Shown: positions 10,490 to 23,229, numbered from the whole stretch's first letter. The stretch: DNA of 58,004 nucleotides, filler included, from Sphacelaria rigidula (GCA_964200075.2; 6 parts of 6 records of this genome joined end to end with filler, not necessarily neighbours in it); one strand, 5' to 3'. A program made the numbers and translations. The notes: generated by a model not told the origin, from the letters alone.

Positions 10490-11535
10490 CCCTTCTGGGA
10501 CCGGGCCTCTAGAATGACCAACGAGGCTGGTTAGGCATGATGTGTCTGGCGTCTGCACGAAACAGTGGCCTGTTGCTGAAAATTCGCGTATGTAACCGCA
10601 GGGTTATGACGGAAGACCGAAAGTTTCATCCAATCTATTTTCAGGTGCAGGGTGCGCATTAGGTGGTGTACATCTGATGTAGCAAGCAGTATGGGTCGCG
10701 GTAGAGAGCTCCCAACAGGATGCGGCGACCGGCGGGCCGCCCGCCACTTGTGGCTTTGGATCATGCTTTCGTCCCCATCACTTTGCCACACAGCCCTTTG
10801 TGGTCGAGGTGGGCCGCTATTTCTCCCTTTGTTGCATGCGGAAAATTCTCTTCGAACGGTATCAGGGTTGCGGCACGCATGCATGCAACAGTATAATAGT
10901 ACAGTACAGTACAGTGTGGTATGCCTCTCCGACTGAAGCAGCAGCTGCCGCTGCATACTCCCTTGCACGTTCTGGGCAATTCTCAGCTACCTACATCAAC
11001 TGCCTACATACCGCTTCTTCATCCCCACCTACTACATACATATTAACTGCACCCTGCAACTCATCGCCAGAGGGATGAGCAGAACTCATGGTGGTAGATC
11101 CTGTTGTCTTTCCACAGCCCACCTGGTTTTAGGGCGTGGTGAAAATGACCACATGGTAGCATGTACACTCCTTCCCGGCTTTTCCGGTCGACCCCTGTGT
11201 TACTGTAAATTACTACGTTTTAGTAGGGAATTGAGACCCCAAAAAAACACCGGAAAACTCGGGAACGGTAAACTAAGTGTAAGTCATATCATATAACCAA
11301 GCTCCGACCGCCCTGCGCTTGGAAACCTGCGAAGGCTTATCTGGGCCAGGGATAGGGTCCCCACACGATCTTTACAGTGGCATCATACTCGCCAACAACC
11401 CTAGCACTGGTCGTTCAGGTCTGGTCGATAAATTTCGCCTCGCCGTGATTGGGCAGATCGCTCGAAGACTTATTTTTCATTATTTCACCAACACAGGGTC
11501 AACCCTATGTTAGTGAAGGGTCGGTCCCAAAAGGG
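10490..11535. mobile_element. piggyBac-like non-autonomous DNA transposon (~1.05 kb)
   Basis: TIRs CCCTTCTGGGACCG / CGGTCCCAAAAGGG. 11040-11535 is an inverted homolog of 28370-28880, where the CCC terminus follows TTAA. The TSD is degenerate here. Confidence 0.65.
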
Positions 11536-11999
11536 TAAACACACGTTGCACGTCACATTATTATACGTTTGTGACGTCTGAATGAACATCACAACCGTCA
11601 CACGCTCAACTTGTACCACAATCAGTGTGAGATTAGCATATGTAATACTCGCATGATAAAATGCATGGGTTCAAGAAGAGTGTGCATACGTCATCAAAAA
11701 TACGCCCGCGATGTAAGGGCAAGTTCAGCGCCACGCCAGCATGCACCGCCACACCACACCCAACCAAAGAACATAGACGAGCGAATATCGGAATCCAAAA
11801 GTACGAGTTTCGAATCTCTGTTCTTCTGCCGTCCTTCTCTATTCGAACTGTTTTGTGTAAGTTTTTGTCTCTCTTCTTGGCACAATGAGTGGTGATGTGT
11901 TTCTACCTTCATGATGTCCGCCCTGCGAACGCGGCTGGATTCGTACCGGATCATCAGTTTATGTGCATTATATATATATATATATAATATGGATCTTCA

Positions 12000-12410
12000 C
12001 AGGCACCGAAGGTAAGGTAGGTACCCGGTACCGGTATTTAGAACATCTCATACCCTACCGATACCGGTCCAATCGGATATTTTCAAACGTCATACCTACG
12101 ATACCTACGATACCACGGTATTTCGAGATGTCAATACCTACCGCGCCCGCTCGATCGGATATTTTCAAATGTCGTACCTACGATACCACGGTATTTCGAG
12201 ATTTCAATACCTACCGTACGCGCTCAATTGGGTATTTTCGAAACTCAAACCTACAATACCTACGATACCACGGTATTTCGAGATTTCGATACCCACCGTA
12301 CCCGCTCAATCAAATATTTTCAAAACTCATACTCACGATACCCACGCATACCACGGTATGGGATACCCCGGGGTATACCCGGTAAATACCGGACGCGATG
12401 CACTCTCCAC
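12000..12410 (+). mobile_element. MITE-like element built from internal tandem TACCTACGATACCACGGTATTTCGAGAT units, copy 1
   Basis: Starts CAGGCACCGAAGGTAAGGTA, has three ~63-72-bp internal units and is a direct homolog of 13310-13715. Confidence 0.7.
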
Positions 12411-13309
12411 GGTGCAGCAGCTGGTCCCAACTTATGCGAAGGTCAGAAATTTTCGGAGCAGGTACGTCTTGTTTTCACAAGTAGTGATATATACCCCGAT
12501 CAATTCGAATGAACTTCTTACTATGTAGTCTAAAATGCGGTCGAAATTTTGTTTCCCGATCTGATAGGTTTATCGCATTTCTGTTCTTAGAAGGCTTCGA
12601 CTCAAATTTGTAATTAGTGGCGCGCGGGGGAGAACTACAGAACAATAGAGCTAAGCGTCTTAGATCGAAAACATGCGGGCGAAAGGCACGAAGCTGCGAA
12701 GCGGCACTTCACTCCCATCTTACAGACCACCACGCCAGGTAACACCTGTACATAGAACAATGTTAACTCCATCCAACTGATTCTCAGCTACCACCGCAAC
12801 CCTACAGCATCGAGTACCGGTAGAGCACAGTGATAGATACACTGCATTATAGTTGGGTATGCTTTATTTATTTTTTGTTGGCGAAAACGCCCATCTTGTT
12901 TCATGGTAGGATCAACGACGGAACTGCGTGGCACGGTGGGCAACCGAGCTGCGTACACGCTCATGGATACTGCAGGCAGTACGAGGCTGCACGTTGTTGT
13001 GAAGTCCTTTTCACGTCGCATTGTGAGCAGACATCTCTGATAGTCCTGGGCCGTCTGCACTGCACGTTGCCCGCTTCTCTTCAAAATCCTACTGTTGTAC
13101 GAAACACGCACAAACGTACCCAAGACACCCTACTTCCAAGCAGTGCAGACAGTACAGACTGTCTATGCTGTACACGAGTGACCATGTACCGTTTCACGAA
13201 TTTCGCTCAAATCAATTCCTTTCGCCCCTTTCTCTCGATCGAAAAAAAAGGTGCCAAGACACGCCCTGAAACGCTTCTCCGTACTGCCGGATGACAGTTT
13301 TGAAACCGG

Positions 13310-13715
13310 TAGAAAGAGTAAGGCAGCTACCCGGTACTGGTATATAGGACATCTCATACCCTACCGATACCGGTCCAATCGGGTATTTTCAAATGTCGTA
13401 CCTACGATACCACGGTATTTCGAGATACCAATACCTTCTGTACCCGCCCAATCGGGTATTTTCAAATGCCATACCTACGATACCACGGTATTTCGAGATA
13501 CCGGTACCTACCGTACCCGATCAATCAGGTAATTTCAAATCCCATACCTACGATTCCTACGATACCACGGTATTTCGAGATTCCGATACCTACCGTACCC
13601 GATCAATCAGGTATTTTCAACACGCATACCTCCGATACCCACGCATACCACGGTATGGGATACCCCGCTAAATACCGGGGGTACGCTCGGGACGGTACCT
13701 TACCTACGGTACCTG
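13310..13715 (+). mobile_element. Same MITE-like family, copy 2
   Basis: Has the same internal units and ends TACCTTACCTACGGTACCTG, the inverted complement of the start of copy 1 (CAGG termini, hAT-like). Confidence 0.7.
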
Positions 13716-14152
13716 CGTAGATCTTCTGCATACATGCCCTGCTGAGAGAGCAAATAATTGTAACATTACAGCATCGGATTGCCATCTGTTGGGTGTCCTA
13801 CGAAATGCCAAGCGACTACCACGTATCACCATCCTATGATCTGTACATACTTGCGTTTGTATGTGTACATCATGGCCTGCGCACATCTTGGTATCTCGCT
13901 ATCTGATTATCGTCATCAATAACGTACTTATGTGTTCCTTTTAAATTGCAACGTGCGAGTCAGGGACGCATGAGCGATACACTAGCTGAAACGCTTTCTT
14001 ACATGTCAAAATAGCGAGCAGAATGCGCCTCATGCTCGAACAAGGCAGCCACCGTGAACCTCGCGTACCAAGTTGCGGTACATGAAACCTTACAACGTCG
14101 TACGTAGCGTTCATTTTGCCCTCACACGGTCGAAGTGTAACGTTTCATTTTA

Positions 14153-14260
14153 TGTTACACGTCATAATAACGTTTCAAAATACGTTACACGTCACAATAA
14201 ACGTTTCAAAATACGATACACGTCACAATAAACGTTTCAAATACGTTACACGTTACAAGT
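14153..14260. repeat. ~31-bp minisatellite (GTTACACGTCACAATAAACGTTTCAAAATAC) x ~3.5
   Basis: Seen directly; degenerate units continue to ~14320. Confidence 0.85.
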
Positions 14261-14509
14261 GTAACGTATATTATTCGTTACAGGAAACGTTTTAAAATAC
14301 GTTACTGTGACGTGACGTAATTCGGACTGCAACGCAGAAGTTCGGAAAGCTGCCTTGTTGTGTACGCCATGGCACTCGGAGGCATTCGAGAGTCTTCCAG
14401 GTACCTTGCCAGTCCCGAAATTTTCGGAGATCTCCGAAAAAATAATGTCGATGATTATGATGATTACGATGTGCACGGCAACACCCTTTTATACATTTCC
14501 CCCTACTCA

Positions 14510-14781
14510 TGACTCGTACGGTACAACCCTTTCTGACGTACGGTATTTCTTGCTTGTGATTCGTACGACGAGGGTGGTTCGTGAATAACTTCCAATCGAA
14601 TTTCGCGCCTTAAGGTTTCGACATACATTTCCCTGACTCGTACGGTACGACTCTTCCTGACATATCATACGTTATTTCTCGCTTGTGATTCGCACGATAA
14701 GGGTGATTCATGGATAATTTCTAATCATATATCGCGCCTCGTCGTTTGGACATACATCTCTCCCCACCCTTGATTCGTACA
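14510..14781. repeat. ~125-135-bp tandem duplication (two units plus the start of a third)
   Basis: TGA(C/T)TCGTAC recurs at 14510, 14634 and 14771 with alignable bodies. Confidence 0.75.
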
Positions 14782-16694
14782 AGATGAATCGAATGAGCAT
14801 TGTCTCTCAATCATGGTTGGCGCGGGTTGGATGCGAATCATGATTCAACCCACTTGCGATTTTTACGCTGTTCGACAGGATGATGAGCATCGGTATCGAA
14901 ACCATCTGTCGGAGGTAGTCATCACTTCAACAGTACTGAACCCGACCATACTCACAGCAGAAAGACGCAAGGAGGGCACAAAAAATGGCGCCCTCGCCCT
15001 GCTCAACCATGACAAACTACTGATGTCCTGTCTACATGCTCACGCCTTTTTTTCATTTGACATTACTTTTGCCACCCACCCAACTCTTTTCGGGCGTCTA
15101 CCTGCGCCCACGAATGCCCTCCTTTACGGGTGAGAACCCGCGGGGCTGTCCGCGGAAAAAAAATCGGAACGGAATCCCAAGGAGTTCAAACGACTATTAA
15201 CTGTCGATCAGAACTAGTCGGTTTCAGTACCTCCCCACCTCTCGGTCGCTCCATAATCGAAGTCCGGACCCAAGGGGTAGGATGGGTGGTGCTTTACCCT
15301 GCGTATTGTCGGGACCCTTCGAATCATGAATGCCGTGAATCATGCCACGCGAGTCACAAGTTTAAAATACTCGAGACAAATCTGAGTCGGATAAGTAACT
15401 GATACTATGACTTTGTATACGAGAGATGAATATCTACGGATCGTGCTTCAAGTTTGCTTCACGTGCGGGCCGCTTCCAAGTGCTTGCTGAGTCGTGTGCG
15501 GGGCGTTGTGCCGACTTCACACGCGCGAGGCGCATCACAAGTATTGGATTTTCATGTCTTTATTTTCCTTCTCTCCTTCTCACCCCCTTCCAGTCAACCA
15601 TTGCTCTTACTGGAGTGAACTGTGAACTTTGAAGAGTGAACAATTGACAGCGTGACAATTCACCCCCGTATGTGCTCATGTTGCTGTACTACACAGGACA
15701 CAAGCGAACATTTGATCAGTATTACAGCGTTACGTACCCCACAGGTCGCGACGAATCATGTGTGACGCTCGATAGTTGGGTGGGTGCCACTTTGTATGTG
15801 CAGGCACTTTCTGTACACAAAAACCAGAATTAAATTCGCTGGCAAAACGTACCACAGGAACAGCTGCGCTATCATATCAATGGGTGTTTATCTTCAGGTG
15901 GCTGGGGACGGTGCCAACGGTGCCAACGAAACAATCGAGATATCGGCAGCAGCGTAGACCACGTAGGAACAAAGATACGAGCGACAAGAAGACGTCTACT
16001 CTAAACATGGCGGCACAAGCTACATCGACGGCCTGCCCACCAGACGTATGAACTCACACACAATACAGTGCCGTACAGATAACTGCACATCGGTACCGAA
16101 TATACTAGTATCAAGTATCACTTGATGTTATTTCGTTGAGATTTGCCATCATAGTTGAGTACGCGGACCTCTACCGCACAGCGGGATCCAGAAAGACACT
16201 CGTAGATGAGGATGACTCTGTGCCGTAGATACACACACGATGTTAGTCGCACCATCGACGGCCGTCTATCTGCGCAAGCACACCCAATTGTGCGCACCGG
16301 AATCAGGATGGAAACCACTTCAGTAAGTAGCATATATTGCACCGACACTATTATACAAGCAGAAGCGCACGATCGACGCAAATCATGCGGAGCGGAGAAG
16401 AGATTCTGTGTTTCCAGCAAGGGACGACTGCGAGTATCCACATGCTGTCGACACATGAAGCACTGCGCCATCAGATGCACGACGGATACTGGGTGGTCTG
16501 TGCATCGCACCCCAAGCTACGCGCGTTTTGCGACATTTCTGATGCAGTTGTCTGTGTAATGCCACTGGCATGACGACCGACTGTATCCGCTGTAACGGAT
16601 CTCAGTTTTCTGAGGGCAGGTATTCTATACATAGTATAACACCGCAATTTGGTACAAGAGGCGAGCCCGAACGTACGTTTTGAAAACAACCAAC

Positions 16695-16787
16695 CTTGTC
16701 TCGAATCCCGGTCCATAGCGAAGCCCTTCCCAGATAGCTGTGTAACTGCTGCGCTCCACCATCACCACCCGTACTACCACCCGACAT
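16695..16787 (-). CDS. Possible first exon of an unknown gene divergent from COA4
   Basis: ATG at 16787, MSGGSTGGDGGAQQLHSYLGRASLWTGIRDK, donor AAG|GTTGGT. Downstream exons are not resolved. Confidence 0.3.
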
Positions 16788-17152
16788 CGCAAAACACACA
16801 ATTACCTCCGAAGGTGTCGTGTGTGTACCGCGAGCGTCACCTCTTATCTCGTCTGTTCGATCCGGTGGGCGCCCATTCCATCAACTATTATGCTGTTATC
16901 TGTCATATTTGACCAGAATGATGAAACCGGCGGTCACCTTTTGCAGAAACTCTCACGCGTATAAAGCGAGAACCCAAATATGTCAAAATAGATTGAATAA
17001 ATGGAAAATATTTGAATAAAAAGGAGGCGGGGTGCCATACAACACATCATATAGTCGATACACTACATACCGCTTTCTTGACTTCGAAAATATTATCCCC
17101 AGACAACCAAGTCTCTGCCAACGTTATTACTGTGCGGGAAAATACAAGAATA

Positions 17153-17833
17153 ATGGAACATGACCATGACAACCTCAAACCTCGTATTTCCAATATGGCC
17201 GTCCTTGGTGAGTCCACAGCGAAAGTCGATCAGTGCTCTTTGCCCATGGAGCCTGCTGCAGCACCAGCACGAACATCGCCACAAAAACCACCACCGGAAA
17301 AAAAATTAGTAGCAAAAATCACTCAAGCACCTTCTGTGATAGCCGATCAACACCAAGGCTCCAAGAGTGACTTTGGAGGCGAGGTGGACGTTGAGCAGGC
17401 CATAGAGCTGTCCGGCTGCTCCTTGGACTACTACGAGCTGGAGGAGTGCTTAGGCGAGCACGACCGCGATTGGAGGAAGTGCCAAAAGCAGGTATGAGTT
17501 GTGTAAAGTTTGGAGCATGCTGTAAAAGTTCCCGCTTTTTCTCGTGTGTGTATCTGGGGCGCGTTGGAGTATTATACTGGCTTCGTGCCATGTAGCATCC
17601 TTGGCTGTGGAGGTACACTGAACAATTGGTCATGATTGTACCTGATCGAGAGCGGTCTGTGCCGACTTCGCTGGGCAGGACAAGACCGCCCGCAGCTTGG
17701 TGCACAATACCTTTCGCGTTTTGTCGTGACTACTGCTGTCGTGCTGGTAAAACGGCCATCCCTCCCACCTATCGTCTATCCGGAACAGGTCAAGGCGCTC
17801 AGGAAGTGCAACGAAAAAAAGAGGGCAAACTGA
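17153..17833 (+). CDS. COA4: Cytochrome c oxidase assembly factor 4-like twin-CX9C (CHCH) protein; exons 17153-17491 and 17789-17833
   Basis: The spliced product ends DVEQAIELSGCSLDYYELEECLGEHDRDWRKCQKQ|VKALRKCNEKKRAN*, i.e. CX9C-X10-CX9C with the SGC...EC...DWR.CQ.QV signature of COA4. The GT-AG intron 17492-17788 restores the fourth Cys. The start codon is uncertain (17153, 17195 or 17246). Confidence 0.85.
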
Positions 17834-17920
17834 AAGATAAAAAGCGGCTTGGAAGAATACGCGAACACATTAAAGTTCCGATATGAAGCAGGCGCAGGGT
17901 TCTCCACATTTTGGAAAATA

Positions 17921-18255
17921 TTAATATAACACGCTATCCCTCGTAGTTGAAGCTGCCAGCCCCAGAGCGGACCACCGTCTTTGCCGAGCGAGATCTGCAG
18001 ACGGAGAAGAGAAGAAACGCGAGATATGACAAACCCACCATCACCCTATCCGATCCACGTACATCTACATACGGACGCGGGCGAGTGAAAACGGCGGCAT
18101 GAGGTGAGAAGCTAGGACTGTTGGTCGTCATGTTATCATACGCACTCTTTACCAAAACGCATCGAAATTACCTCTCTCGACAGCGCCGGACACATGTGGC
18201 CCTATCGCATGAGCCTTCCTCGCGTCCTTCACCCATTCATTCTTGCATATTTTGA
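17921..18255 (-). CDS. Possible last two exons of an unknown gene convergent on COA4 (~18255-18172 and 17994-17921)
   Basis: Donor G|GTAATT and a pyrimidine-rich CTGCAG acceptor join in phase to give ...KNEWVKDARKAHAIGPHVSGAVER-DLARQRRWSALGLAASTTRDSVLY*. No recognisable homology. Confidence 0.3.
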
Positions 18256-18435
18256 GCTCAGACATCAAATAGTTGGCAGAAGGGCCACTGATGTGTACGT
18301 TCAAAAACGTTGCGGGTTATGTTGCCGGGCTCGATATCGGCCTCTTTTCCTTCTCTATACTGCAGATTGTGTGACCACCTTCTGAGGCCCCTCGTCAGAC
18401 TAGTTTTTATCCAAACGAATCTGGATTTTGTGAAG

Positions 18436-19070
18436 ACCCCAATCTAAGCAAGATCGGGGGGACTCAGATTTGCAAAATTCAGACCCGTGGGGACAGTTGG
18501 CGCGACCCATCGCGGGTGGGGTATGCAAATACGAGCGTGCAGGTCGCGAACGCCTCCAAAACCAAATCCACGACAAACCCAATTTCAAATCGAAATACTG
18601 TCGTTTGTCGTACGTTGTGTCGACTGTACAGTACACATACACTATTTTCCGGCGCATAGGCTGCGGCGGGTGTGAACGGTTGTCAGCACGTAATGGCCCT
18701 CACACATGGCAAATTACATCCGAACACTCAGCTGATGGCCTGTTATTGTGCATGACACCGCAGCAACTATCAACATTTCTTTTGTTCCTTGAGAAATTGC
18801 CTTCAAGAATTGCTCCAAGAAAAAAATGATTCATGCTATGATTCCCAGCAGTATCGAGCAGAGAACTCATCGCCGCCTACGTTATTGATATCCTGCCCTA
18901 CAACGAAAAAAATCAGTCCGGTGGTACACCCCTGCCGTGAGCTGCTGTGAAGTACTACCGTTGTCTCGTGTGCTCAGCATTTGAATTTGGGCTTCTCGTG
19001 GATTTGGTTCTGGAGGCGTTCGCGACCTGCACGCTCTAATTTGCATGCCCCAGCTGCAAATAGGTCGCAC
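18436..19070. mobile_element. TIR-element remnant with ~90-bp inverted arms (18498-18590 / 18980-19070)
   Basis: GTGCAGGTCGCGAACGCCTCCA recurs inverted. The outer motif ATCGGGG.GACTCAGATTTGC also occurs at ~27610-27660 and, inverted, at ~20058-20096. Confidence 0.6.
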
Positions 19071-19269
19071 CGGGACCGTTTTATAGTTTACCGATTTCTA
19101 CGAGCTGGGCCAACCTAGAGGCGGATTTGAAGTTTGCAGGCCCATGCTCTTTTATACATTTAGAGTTGGGCCCTGAAATTTGGTATGGACAGTGCATGGG
19201 GCATAAGAAGAAAAATTGCTGAAGTACCATTTTTTTTTTCATGAGTTAAGGGCATTTTGGTGATACCCG

Positions 19270-19369
19270 NNNNNNNNNNNNNNNNNNNNNNNNNNNNNNN
19301 NNNNNNNNNNNNNTTAATTAATTAANNNNNNNNNNNNNNNNNNNNNNNNNNNNNNNNNNNNNNNNNNNN
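19270..19369. other. Artificial contig spacer
   Basis: 44N-TTAATTAATTAA-44N. Confidence 0.98.
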
Positions 19370-19440
19370 GGTTCGATATTCTAAAAATATCTATCGAACT
19401 TTTTTCTTGGTCCGATATGCAACCCTGCCATCATGTATGA

Positions 19441-19846
19441 GACCCACTTTTATGGCAACGAATCTCGATTTGTACAAGTATGAGCGTTTCACCCCCCGTC
19501 TACAGGCGATTTTCTCCCGTGGATTGAGTTTTCGGACCCCAGTCCGTTGGGCAGTGTTCTTCGGCTAGGTGTGAGCAAACCAGATCAATTCTCCAATTTT
19601 ATGGGGTTGACTTTCGATCCATCACCTTTATGCTGAAATCTGGACACTCCCGCATCTCCCCCGATTTTTATTAAGTCAATGCCCAGAAAATCGGAGGAGT
19701 GATCTGGTTTGCATACAGCTAGCCGAAAAACTCCGCCTAACGGTCTGGGGTTCGAAAAATCATCCCCGGGAGAAAATCGCCTGTATACGGGGGGCTAAAA
19801 TGCTCATGTTTGTACAAATCGAGATTCGTAGCCATAAAAGTGGGTT
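19441..19846. mobile_element. Foldback MITE, almost entirely palindromic
   Basis: ACCCACTTTTATGGCAACGAATCTCGATTTGTACAA is inverted as TTGTACAAATCGAGATTCGTAGCCATAAAAGTGGGT. The arms pair over ~150 bp and the flanks are TGA/TTA (Harbinger-like). Confidence 0.8.
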
Positions 19847-20321
19847 TTACCGCACGGCATTATCGCATACTCTGATTGTAGAGTGTACTGCACCGCATGA
19901 TATACGCTAGGGTACCATGGCACCGCGCTGCTCTTGAAGGATGATTCACTACCTGCTTGTTCTTCGGGCTCTCATTGTGACACCACACCCCTGCAGAAAA
20001 TGATCCCCCGTGTACAGAACAATTCCAACAAAGCTGTGAAGCCATCAAGGGGTGCTCACGGATCTGAGTTTTGCGAATCTGATTCCCCCCGATTTGGCAC
20101 AGACCGATGGTTGTCACATAAGTTGATCTAGTGTGCGACAATCAATCAATCAAGCAGATGGCACAATCTGGTCGTGGAAGAGATGAGGACGGCCTCAAGT
20201 CTGGGAAATAGAACATTCTGAGACGCTTGTGTAATCGATAGAGTGCACGACTTTTATACCGTGTAGTAATCGACCGTTGAGCCGCCCCCCTACCTTTTTG
20301 GAGGCATGTCATGCATTTTAA

Positions 20322-20475
20322 CCTTTCACCCTTACACGCGACCGATTTCTTTGTGGGGGTAAGGCCCCGTTTTATCCACTCGACCGCCAGGGTGGTCTTA
20401 CTTGATTTCTCTGGTCACTTTTCCAGTGAAAAATGATGCCGGGTTGGCGGACAACCCACCCCGACGGTGGAAGGG
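20322..20475. mobile_element. Possible small TTAA-flanked (piggyBac-like) MITE
   Basis: TTAA-CCTTTCACC ... GGTGGAAGGG-TTAA. Confidence 0.4.
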
Positions 20476-20899
20476 TTAAAAAATAATGGAACGATTGTGA
20501 GATTGGAAGATTCGAACGAATAATGACGAACAGCTCACGCCGTGTCTTACCGAGACAAAGCAAGGCAATGCTTGGTCAGCACGATATGAACCCTTGGACA
20601 GCGAGCGTCGCCTCGGAACATTTTCACAGGCTTACAGTCTGAAGACATTCGGGGGTTTCCAGTGACCGGGCGAGGGAAGGTAGTTTGTGACGGGGAAGGG
20701 AGGTAGCGGGTGGGGGGGGGGGGGGGAGGGTCTGTCCGCGGGGCAGCCGAAAAGCTCACCACGTCAACCATGTGTCTGTGGAAGTTTCCCGGGGAATATT
20801 CCAAGCCNNNNNNNNNNGGGGGACCCCGGACACTGACGGGGGGAAAGGCAGGGGGGAGGGGGGGGGGGGTGGCGAGGGGGGGGGGGGGGGGGGGGGGGT

Positions 20900-20942
<43 letters not shown>

Positions 20943-22386
20943 GTGTCTGTCCGCGGAGCAGCCGAAAAGCTCACCACGTCAACCATGTGTCTGTGGAAGT
21001 TTCCCGGGGAATATTCCAAGCCAGGAACAAGCCCCGAGAGGCGCGGAATGACCATTCTGAACAATCACGGTCGTCAAAATAAGCACGTAGTCCCCCTGCA
21101 GGCGGACTACTTCGGCGTCTATTGGCACATTTCATCTTGGTCATGGCAATTCAACCATAGATTACATGGGTTCAAAAAACACGTTTTGAACTCTGCTCGA
21201 GGTCTGTGCCGCCTGTCTGACGCATCGTGTGTTGCCAGCATAGCTTCACACTGTACTTAGTGTTGCTCAACACTCAGCGGAGGCATCAGGAGCATGCAGT
21301 CAATTGTATCCAGTCGAGAGCGATGGCGCACTTATACCGTCTCTCGCCCGTGTATCCAGCGGAGATATACAGCACACATACACACTGATTTTGCACGCAA
21401 CTGAGGGCAGGGGCAAAACTGGTCAGGGGTTGTCCGTGACTATTTTTCATCTAGATGCCAAATATCCACGTGTTGGTGAAAAAGGCGTGTTGTGTAGCGA
21501 GAAAAAAACTGTTCTGAAATCCGAATGTGGCAAAGTTCAACTCAGTCCACCTGCGGGGGGGGGGGTTGCGGTGTAAGGGTCAACTCCCTTAAGAAGAAGC
21601 GACGGCGCCTTTTTCCAGAACTGCTCCGGAATTTCCCTGGCTATTCACCAAGAGGTTCCTGGGTTGTTCGCCACGAAGGGCAACATGAACCAGCGGCGTA
21701 ATAACCCGTGCTGTAGACACACCTGCCAAGCTTTTAGGACCTGAGGCACAAGCTCACATAAACTTCTGATTTCACTCTCCGGAGGTAGACAGTAAACTCC
21801 TCGAGCCGTAGCTATCGGTCAACTGAGTGCGACGCTTTTGGCTCCTGGCAAATTGCTTCAGAATTGAATGAAGGACGATGATTTCTGTCAGACGAGCGCC
21901 GAAAGACACACCCACAAACGGTCAACGACTCCATCTTGAGCACATTTTGTTGCACCAACACGGCCGGCCCTTTCCCAGCACCCAACGGATTGTAGTAAAA
22001 CAACAGAGCAGTGTCCAAAGATGAGCAAGAGCTAGCGCCAGGCGTGATGCACTCATTCATGTACGACTCTCTGCGTGTGTTTGTTCGGCTTGGGTTGTGT
22101 AGGTGAAACGTAGTTGAGCCAAATGTTTCAGTCGCGCCCGATGAGATTTCCAGACCTCTTTTCCGACTGCGTCCAGCGCGGGAAGAAACACCGCTCTTTT
22201 GAGAAAGTCAGTTTTGTGCTTCCTTCTCAGGACCCAATGTGGTTATTGTGAGCAGGTAAGCTGCCTTGCTCGCTCCTTGGTTTTTTTTCTAGTCCCGTTA
22301 GGATGAGGCGACACGCGTGGCAACCACTTCACGTTCCTCTACTCCATTTCATCGAATTGTTCGTTAGTTTCTTGGGCGTTCTTTTA

Positions 22387-22700
22387 CCCTCAGGCCGCGG
22401 TGCGGGTAGTCTACCCGAATCACGCACACTTCTTTCAAGTGAGATTGATGCCGATTCAGCAGGTGACCTACCCTCGCGGTCGAAGGGTTAACCCTTAGAC
22501 CGCGGTGCGGGTAATCCAACTGGATCATCCATACTTTATTCGAGTGAATGCTGATGCCTATTCAGCTGGCGACCTACCCTCCCGGCCAAAACAATCTACC
22601 CTTAGACCACGGTGCGGGTAGTCTATCTGGATCTACTACCCTTTTTCCAAGTGGATATTGATGCCTATTCAGCAGGTGACCTACCCTCGCCGTCCAAGGG
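22387..22700. mobile_element. Three tandem ~100-bp piggyBac-like mini-elements
   Basis: Units start at 22387, 22492 and 22599 with CCCTTAGACCGCGG-type left and CGCGGTC.AAGGG-type right ends. Units 1 and 2 share TTAA at 22488-22491. A solo copy lies at 27687-27784. Confidence 0.75.
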
Positions 22701-23229
22701 TCGAGGAAAAATAGCCGGGGTACGCGGCGGAAACGCGAACATCGATCTGTTCGGTCTACTTCATTTATGTTCCTAGTTTCTTCACCTCGTCTTTCCTCGT
22801 TTCCGTTCTTTGCTACCCAAGACGTCGAAAGCACTAACTTCCGTCTTTTCAGCAGAGAACAGGCGGTGGAGAAGCACGAATGGGACCTTTACTCTCATCT
22901 CGGGGACAACCACACACGATACCACCTGTTTACACATGCACGCAGTTGACTCCACATAATTTGTTTCAAGTTACCACCGTACTCCCGGAGCACGGGAAAT
23001 GGATTGATCTCAGTAGTAAGTGTAATACAAAATCGCTCAGATATCAAGCGACGGAAACAACCCAGACTTCAACGTAGACCTAACGTCGAAGGGAAGCAAG
23101 CGCCCAGGGTTGGCTCAAGGACCTCCAGCCGGCGCGGTTGCTGCGGGTAACGCGGTATTTGCAAGCAACACGGCTGCCGGCACAGCCGTTGGCCCATCGA
23201 CAGGGGCTACGGGTCAGCTGCTGTCGGCA

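Noticed and set aside
11963-13720. Repetitive ORFs (IPTIPRYFEI...) as repeat proteins, or a CRISPR-like array
   Set aside because: The spacers are homologous to each other, the context is eukaryotic with no cas genes, and several frames are open. They are explained by MITE internal repeats.
14153-14260. CRISPR-like 31-bp repeats
   Set aside because: The units are contiguous without unique spacers, i.e. a minisatellite.
20700-21025. Poly-G tract with a 77-bp direct duplication and poly-Gly/poly-Pro ORFs
   Set aside because: The duplicated block flanks a 10-N gap (20808-20817) beside long G homopolymers. It is most likely an unmerged overlap or sequencing artefact.
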